Source: Candidatus Omnitrophota bacterium (GTDB lineage Bacteria > Omnitrophota > Gorgyraeia > Zapsychrales > Fredricksoniimonadaceae). From it: DNA of 62,610 nt. Each line of letters starts with the position of its first letter. The stretch's first letter is position 1. The DNA lies in contig JABDCU010000008.1 in NCBI GenBank assembly GCA_013287965.1, positions 1-62,610 on the forward strand, given 5' to 3'. The position numbers were made by a program, and so were the translations under genes. This document shows positions 57,199 through 62,610 of this stretch, piece by piece. A model generated the notes under the pieces. It had not been told where the DNA came from. It did no database searches and worked only from the letters and a program-made list of their open reading frames with translations.

Positions 57199-58595
57199 CA
57201 CAAAAAATTGCCCGGTATTATGATTCGTTGGCGTTAAGGCGGGATGATTTTCGCCGCAAGAACCGGTATTATTATGCTTTACTGGATAAACAGTACCGGT
57301 ATTTTGTCCCCGAAGGGAAAAAAGTCCTGGAGATCGGATGCAGTACAGGGGACCTGTTAGCTGCTTTAAAGCCCTCTTTGGGGATGGGGGTGGATATAAG
57401 CCCCAAGATGATCGAGAGCGCGCAAGAAAAATACCCGTCCCTGCATTTTTATGCCGGTACCGTCGATAATATCACTACTGATGAGAAATTTGATTATATT
57501 GTCCTTTCCGGGCTTTTAGGGGAGCTGGAAGACATACAAGCTTTTCTGCAGTCATTAAGAAGATTTTGCACACCCGATACGCGGATCATTATTGAGTATT
57601 ACAGTTATCTTTGGCAGTCCTTATTAAAGATCGCCGAGGCCGCAGGCCGTAAAATACCCCAGCGCGAGCAGAATTGGCTTGATTTTAATGATATCGGCAA
57701 TTTTTTAGAATTGGCGGATTACGAAATTATTAAAAAAGAGCGCACCATCCTCTTGCCTTTTAACATCTGGGGCATCAGCTTTCTCTTTAATAAATATTTG
57801 GCCAAACTCCCTTTCTTTAATGCCTTGACCCTTAATCATTTCATCGTTGCCCGCTCCCTATTTGAACACACCAAGGACTACTCCGTGACCATCCTTGTTC
57901 CCTGCCGTAATGAAAAGGGCAATATTGAGCAAGCCATCACACGTACACCTTTATTCGGCACCCATCAGGAATTTATTTTTGTCGAGGGACATTCTAAGGA
58001 CGGCACGTATGAAGAAGTTGAGCGTGTCATCAAAGCCTATCCGCAAAAGGACATTAAATTATTCAAGCAGCAGGGCCGTGGCAAGGGAGATGCGGTGCGT
58101 TTCGGCTTTGCCAAGGCCCAGGGTGAAATCTTGATGATCCTCGACGCGGATTTGACCGTGGCCCCTGAAGAAATGCCGAAGTTTTACGAAGCTGTCAGGA
58201 GCGGTAAAGGTGAATTTATCAACGGCTGCCGCCTGATCTATCCCATGGAAGATGAGGCCATGCGGTTTTTGAACCTGGTGGCCAATAAATTTTTCGGCTT
58301 GTTCTTTTCATGGCTTTTGGGCCAGCGTTTTAAGGACACCTTGTGCGGGACCAAGGTGATGTTTAAGCGCCATTACGACGAGCTTGTGGCCAACCGCCAT
58401 TATTTTGGTGACTTTGACCCCTTTGGGGACTTTGACCTGATCTTCGGCGCGGTGAAACTTAATTTGAAAGTGCTTGAGCTGCCTGTCCGTTATAAAAGCC
58501 GAACCTATGGAACAACCCAGATCCAGCGCTTCCGTCACGGACTGTTATTGTTTAAGATGTGCGGCTTTGCGATGAAGAAGATTAAGTTCATATAA
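57195..58595 (+). CDS. Fusion protein: class I SAM methyltransferase (N) plus DPM1-like family 2 glycosyltransferase (C)
   Basis: ATGA overlap with the carbamoyltransferase. VLEIGCSTGDLL SAM motif. ..SVTILVPCRNEKGNI.., ..ILDADLT.. GT2 motifs. Confidence 0.75.
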   Translation: MTQKIARYYDSLALRRDDFRRKNRYYYALLDKQYRYFVPEGKKVLEIGCSTGDLLAALKPSLGMGVDISPKMIESAQEKYPSLHFYAGTVDNITTDEKFDYIVLSGLLGELEDIQAFLQSLRRFCTPDTRIIIEYYSYLWQSLLKIAEAAGRKIPQREQNWLDFNDIGNFLELADYEIIKKERTILLPFNIWGISFLFNKYLAKLPFFNALTLNHFIVARSLFEHTKDYSVTILVPCRNEKGNIEQAITRTPLFGTHQEFIFVEGHSKDGTYEEVERVIKAYPQKDIKLFKQQGRGKGDAVRFGFAKAQGEILMILDADLTVAPEEMPKFYEAVRSGKGEFINGCRLIYPMEDEAMRFLNLVANKFFGLFFSWLLGQRFKDTLCGTKVMFKRHYDELVANRHYFGDFDPFGDFDLIFGAVKLNLKVLELPVRYKSRTYGTTQIQRFRHGLLLFKMCGFAMKKIKFI

Positions 58596-58651
58596 TTCAT
58601 AGTTTATGAACATATTGTAAGAGATAGATTTGTTCTTTTTGCTCCCGCTAA

Positions 58652-58839
58652 CGTAAATGGTTAACCGGCGTTGCTCCCGAAACGGGATATTTTTGCCGGT
58701 CTGCTCGGTTTACGTCAAAAATTTTCTAAAGATTCTCTTCATTTGGAAAATTTTTGACGTAATTCCTCGCAGACATGGAAAAACTTCTCGGCAAAAAATC
58801 CTTGAATGTTTCGTCCGCAACGCCGGTTAACCATTTACG
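58652..58839 (+). repeat. Long-hairpin repeat, copy 3
   Basis: Perfect 22-bp outer stem (58652-58673 pairs with 58818-58839). Its core, inner stem and loop (58727-58745) match the reverse complement of copy 1 closely. Confidence 0.85.
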
Positions 58840-58849
58840 ATATACGTGT

Positions 58850-59010
58850 ATCTATGAGGACATTGTGTTTCCTTCGAAGGCAGTAGAGGGCCGATTTGGC
58901 ATGGTCCGCAGGCGTTTTCATGTGGCGGCAAATCGGCCCGGGCCCTAGCGAAGCCGCATCGCTGGATGCGGCGAGCGTGCCTGAGAAGGGAACACAATGT
59001 CCGAATAGAT
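58850..59010 (+). other. GC-rich compound hairpin (three-way-junction-like), unrelated to the repeat family; candidate structured RNA or second MITE-like insertion
   Basis: Outer stem ggacattgtgtttccttc (58858-58875) pairs with gaagggaacacaatgtcc (58985-59002), with one G-T wobble (G-U in RNA) position. It is extended by atctat/atagat. Inner hairpins are gggccgatttg/caaatcggccc (58888-58898 / 58929-58939) and gccgcatc-gctg-gatgcggc (58953-58972). Confidence 0.6.
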
Positions 59011-59016
59011 CTGGAG

Positions 59017-59039
59017 CAACGCCGGCTTGACCATTTACG
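59017..59039 (+). repeat. Near-duplicate of the right arm of hairpin copy 3
   Basis: caacgccggcttgaccatttacg compared with caacgccggttaaccatttacg at 58818-58839. The two direct copies flank the compound hairpin. Confidence 0.7.
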
Positions 59040-59073
59040 TTATTATGTACTCGATAAGGAAACACAAGACCTT

Positions 59074-60213
59074 ATGAAAAATTCTAAAGCACTTATCGCT
59101 GCAACACTGGTTTTTATAGGGTGCCTCTGCGTGGGGTTTTGGATCGCGCGGCACAGGCCATTATGGAACGATGAGTATTATTCACAGGTTTCCAGCATTC
59201 ACGGCACATCCTACGCGGACCAATTTTCAGGGCATATTGCCGAGGGCGGCAACGCTCCGCTTTTTTACGCGCTGCAAAAATCATTTTTGCAATTGGTCCA
59301 CTATCAGGTCCCTTCCCCATGGTTAGAGGGGCATTGGAGCAATGATGCCTCTTCCCAAATTTTGTTACGGATCAATCCAATCATTTTCATGTCATTGTCC
59401 GTGGCCCTGGTGTTTTATTATTTTTGCCGTCGCTATTCATTAGGGACAGCTTTTTTGAGCTTATTTATTTATTTTTCATCCTATATGTTGTGGGCTTACT
59501 GGGCGGAAGCCCGTCCCTATGCACTGATGGTCTTTTTGACAACGGTGCAGTCGGTGGTGTTCTTGGAAGGAGGCCCATGGGAGACACTGGCAGGGACTAA
59601 TATTTTATTGGGTTTGACTTCTATTTTGAGTTTGGGAGAAATATTAGCAGTGTCTGCACTATGGTGGGCATTCAAAGACCGTGATTGGAAAAAATATATA
59701 GCGCTGACCCTGCTGCCGGCCATGATCACTTTATTTTATTACGCGCAAGCACCCAAGTATCCATTTTTCTTTGGTGATCTAAGCCCCGAGCAGCTGATCC
59801 GCGACAATATATCGCGGCAACAGTTTGATATTTTATTTATTTTTCTTATTTCTTTAGCCGCTTACTTTTGGGGCCAAAAGGTCCGGATGCCTAAGGACGC
59901 GCCGGGGGAGGAGATATTAAAACCCGTGACCTATGTTATTTTCATGGCTTTAGTGCTTGCTTCAACGGCGGTGGTGCTTTTCCTTTTTACCCTGCATACT
60001 AAAACCGGCCAATTTCCCATCACCAGCCGGTATTTTATTTATCTGACGCCCATCGGGGTCATGGCCGCGACAATGCTGATAGTGTCGCTTTATAAGTCCT
60101 TATCCAAACATCGCCTGATGCAGTTGATTTTTACAGGTCTCGTCGGACTTTTACTTGCCCAGCATTTTTTAAAGATCGTGCCCAAGGCCATCCATTCGCT
60201 CGCGGGAGGTTAG
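59074..60213 (+). CDS. Polytopic membrane protein, GT-C/ArnT-PMT_2-like candidate
   Basis: First loop ..RPLWNDEYYS.. (DE-type motif after TM1), about 10 or more hydrophobic segments. ATG at 59074; the track start at 58966 runs through the structured non-coding region. Confidence 0.45.
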   Translation: MKNSKALIAATLVFIGCLCVGFWIARHRPLWNDEYYSQVSSIHGTSYADQFSGHIAEGGNAPLFYALQKSFLQLVHYQVPSPWLEGHWSNDASSQILLRINPIIFMSLSVALVFYYFCRRYSLGTAFLSLFIYFSSYMLWAYWAEARPYALMVFLTTVQSVVFLEGGPWETLAGTNILLGLTSILSLGEILAVSALWWAFKDRDWKKYIALTLLPAMITLFYYAQAPKYPFFFGDLSPEQLIRDNISRQQFDILFIFLISLAAYFWGQKVRMPKDAPGEEILKPVTYVIFMALVLASTAVVLFLFTLHTKTGQFPITSRYFIYLTPIGVMAATMLIVSLYKSLSKHRLMQLIFTGLVGLLLAQHFLKIVPKAIHSLAGG

Positions 60214-60226
60214 AATTGGTTTGTGT

Positions 60227-61519
60227 ATGTTCTTAAGGGCGTTTTTCAGAATTTCGATTTTTTTATTGCTCCTTGAAATATTTTTAAGGTCAGGCGGAGG
60301 TATTTATATATTACACCAGGAATTCTTAAATCAGCATGTCTCCCTGCTGGGCTTAAAGAAATATAGGATCGTTTGTGTGGGCGATTCCATGACCGCGTAT
60401 GGAGAGAATGATTCTTATCCCCGCCAATTGGAAGGAATCTTAAATGGCCAAAATTTAGGGTATCACTTTGAAGTGATCAATAAAGGGCTGCCTGCCCAAA
60501 ATAGCGACACCATCATGCCGCACTTTTCCTCCTGGATGGACCAATATAAACCAGACATGGTCATTATGATGATGGGCATGAATGACCAGAATTTGAAAGG
60601 CGATATTTTTGATAAAAAAGCCATGCCGTTGGATGACCTGTTGAGCAGGTCTTTGGTGTACCGGCTTTTTAAAAAACAAATTGAAACGATCAGCCTGCGC
60701 CTGAATAAGGCCAAGGCGGTTGTTCATAAAGCCAGCACACCTCCCGAAGAGCCTAAAAATTATGATCCCAGGGTGATCTTATATTTTAAGATAGCCGAAC
60801 AATTAAACCGTCATGGCCAATACAGCCAAGCGGAGGCCATATTGTCCCGCCTACAGGCCGTTGATGTTGAAGAGACCAACAAGAATTTTATAGCCATTGA
60901 GCTGGGCAAGTCCTTGATGGCGCAGCATAAAACAGGGGCTTTAGTCGGGCCTTTCACGCAGCTGATGCGTTTTGATCCCTATAATGCGCTGGTGGCAGAA
61001 TGGGGCAAGGAGCTGTGCGGTCAAAAGGGATTAGCGTCATCCGTCGGTGATATCATTGAAACAATTGATACTGACCAGAGAGGCATTCCGCAGCTGGATG
61101 TGCTTTTAGGCGATTGTTATACCACCCGAGGGGACCTTAAAAAAGCCGGCCTTTATAGAAGATTGTCCCGGTCCCGGGGGGTCCGGCAGTCCTATCCGGT
61201 CTTGTATCATAATTATAATATTTATATTGATAAGCTTAACGCAAGGCAGATCAAAGCCGTCATTGCTCAATATCCTCTTAAAGATTTAAATACATTGAAA
61301 GAAATATTCAAAGACAGGCCGGATTATAGTGATTTACTTTTTGTTGATAATGGGCCAACGTTCAAAGAGGCGGTAGCGCGCAGTTCCTACGAGGATATTT
61401 TTGGGGATAAAGCCGGGGGGGATTTTGGCCATTGCACGCCCAAGGGCTACAAACTCCTCGCGGGAAATGTGGCTGCGGTCATTGCGGATCACTTAAGAGG
61501 AGCGCTACATAGGTATTAA
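60227..61519 (+). CDS. SGNH/GDSL-family hydrolase with a large insertion between blocks III and V
   Basis: N-terminal anchor, block I VCVGDSMT, block III MMGMND, block V-like ..DFGHCTPKGYKLLA.. near the C-terminus. A helical insertion of roughly 250 aa (by rough residue count) lies between them. Confidence 0.6.
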   Translation: MFLRAFFRISIFLLLLEIFLRSGGGIYILHQEFLNQHVSLLGLKKYRIVCVGDSMTAYGENDSYPRQLEGILNGQNLGYHFEVINKGLPAQNSDTIMPHFSSWMDQYKPDMVIMMMGMNDQNLKGDIFDKKAMPLDDLLSRSLVYRLFKKQIETISLRLNKAKAVVHKASTPPEEPKNYDPRVILYFKIAEQLNRHGQYSQAEAILSRLQAVDVEETNKNFIAIELGKSLMAQHKTGALVGPFTQLMRFDPYNALVAEWGKELCGQKGLASSVGDIIETIDTDQRGIPQLDVLLGDCYTTRGDLKKAGLYRRLSRSRGVRQSYPVLYHNYNIYIDKLNARQIKAVIAQYPLKDLNTLKEIFKDRPDYSDLLFVDNGPTFKEAVARSSYEDIFGDKAGGDFGHCTPKGYKLLAGNVAAVIADHLRGALHRY

Positions 61520-61600
61520 GCCGCCATTTGAATATATTCTCAATTTCTGTTAGTATTCTGCTATCATATAAGGGCAGTTTAATGAGGATCCGGGCAGGCC

Positions 61601-62610
61601 ATGATTAATAACAATATAGATTTGATCTTTATATCCCAGTCAGAGGTTGTCAATTTTGAGGGATATGCCAAACTTCCTGTTGACAGGGTCGCTATTTATA
61701 AAAATCTCGTTTACCCGCGGATGGTTTACTATAAGAACGGCTTTCGTTCCCATTACGATATTATCAATCATTTGCGCGCGGGGAAATTCTGGACAGAGGC
61801 AACCCCGCAGGACCGCCGCAGCTTACTGAGCATTTGGAATCTTCCGGGTTTTGTGGGCCCGCATATCGCGAATTATTTAAAAGAATCCGATATTAATACG
61901 CATATCGTCAATAATTTTGATTCTGAATGGGATATCCTTTGCCAGGTATATGAGAACAGCGACCCTAAGCCGATGGTCGCCATATCGACGACCTTCCATT
62001 TGAATTACGCGGAGATCACGCGCTTGGCCAAAATATTACGCGCCAAATACCCGGAGATGTCCATTGTCTTAGGGGGCGCGTTTATCAACGGGGAGATGTA
62101 TAAGGACGACCCGGGGCCTTTAAGTAAGGCCATGAAGAAATTAGGGATCGATTATGCCGTCCATAGTTTTAATTCAGAAGTGGACCTCAAAGACCTGGTC
62201 CTTGCCCATAAAAGTAAAGCCCCCCTTGAGTCTGTTAATAATCTTGTTTATAGGACAGGAACAAACGGCCAGACGGCTTTTGGGGTCACCAAAAAAGTCT
62301 GGAACAACCCTTTGATCAATGGTCTTCCTGATCATTGGGAGCAGCTGGACATGCCTTTTTTAAATAATACGATCCAGGTCCGGACAGCTTCCGGATGTCC
62401 TTTTACCTGCGCTTTTTGCTCCTATCCTGAAACAGCGGGAGGGCACTTTGCCATGCCCATTGAAATGGCAGAACAGCAGATCCAGTCGATATTGCGGCGC
62501 GGCAACATCAATAAAATTATTTTTCTGGATGATACTTTTAATGTGCCCTTGAGGAGATTTAAAGAACTGTGTCAAATGTTCTGCAAGTATAATTTTGAAT
62601 GGTTTTCTTT
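61601..62610 (+). CDS. Second B12-binding-domain radical SAM protein, 3' end outside window
   Basis: Frame is open from ATG 61601 to the window end (my own translation; absent from the track because it has no stop). ..MVAISTTFH..IVLGGAFI.. B12-like domain. CPFTCAFC (CxxxCxxC) at about 62394-62417. Confidence 0.7.
   Translation, partial: MINNNIDLIFISQSEVVNFEGYAKLPVDRVAIYKNLVYPRMVYYKNGFRSHYDIINHLRAGKFWTEATPQDRRSLLSIWNLPGFVGPHIANYLKESDINTHIVNNFDSEWDILCQVYENSDPKPMVAISTTFHLNYAEITRLAKILRAKYPEMSIVLGGAFINGEMYKDDPGPLSKAMKKLGIDYAVHSFNSEVDLKDLVLAHKSKAPLESVNNLVYRTGTNGQTAFGVTKKVWNNPLINGLPDHWEQLDMPFLNNTIQVRTASGCPFTCAFCSYPETAGGHFAMPIEMAEQQIQSILRRGNINKIIFLDDTFNVPLRRFKELCQMFCKYNFEWFS

Noticed and set aside
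58966-59073. N-terminal extension of the 59074 membrane-protein ORF (MRRACLRREHNVRIDLEQRRL..)
   Set aside because: The extension runs through the compound hairpin and the duplicated repeat arm and is Arg-rich nonsense. ATG 59074 starts a normal signal/TM sequence.
61528-61556. Possible promoter TTGAAT, 17-nt spacer, TAGTAT upstream of the second radical SAM gene
   Set aside because: It is a plausible but weak match in AT-rich sequence. I cannot tell it apart from chance without transcription start data.
61647-62575. Track ORFs 61647-61829 (+) and 62360-62575 (-)
   Set aside because: Both are out of frame or antisense to the open-ended reading frame from 61601. That frame encodes a B12-binding radical SAM protein with a CxxxCxxC motif.

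Overview
62.6-kb chromosomal segment from a diderm bacterium: BamD-like, LptE, LpxL-family, Lnt and MurJ genes are all present. The lineage cannot be named from sequence alone and is probably uncultivated. Coding density is very high, and many genes are joined by ATGA or other start/stop overlaps. There are three blocks. (i) 1-20.2 kb: sugar-nucleotide genes, then a ~19-kb translationally coupled same-strand operon. It encodes two small 3-TM/winged-helix-like proteins, seven diverged paralogues of a 670-750-aa polytopic membrane protein I cannot place in any named family, and one YfhO-like membrane protein in the middle of the array. This array is the most unusual content of the window. (ii) 20.2-47.6 kb: mostly housekeeping genes (pabBC, miaA, hflX, holA-like, rpsT, murJ, uvrC, ychF, prfB with its programmed +1 frameshift, secA, lnt, gap). 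Mixed in are a sugar C-methyltransferase/GT2 pair, a stand-alone DUF2156 (MprF C-terminal-like) gene, a BrnT/BrnA-like toxin-antitoxin islet and a 26-codon highly basic micro-ORF. (iii) 47.6-62.6 kb: metH and metF interleaved with a second glycan-modification cluster. That cluster has two B12-binding radical SAM genes, two ArnT/PMT-like GT-C proteins, a NodU-type carbamoyltransferase, a methyltransferase-GT2 fusion and an SGNH hydrolase. The non-coding highlight is a family of 170-190-nt long-hairpin repeats whose stems differ between copies by mirrored (compensatory) changes. Two copies in inverted orientation bracket the paralogue operon. A third copy sits beside a second, unrelated compound hairpin. 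I saw no rRNA, tRNA, CRISPR array, transposase or integrase. All functional calls come from motif recognition by eye; no searches or computations were run.
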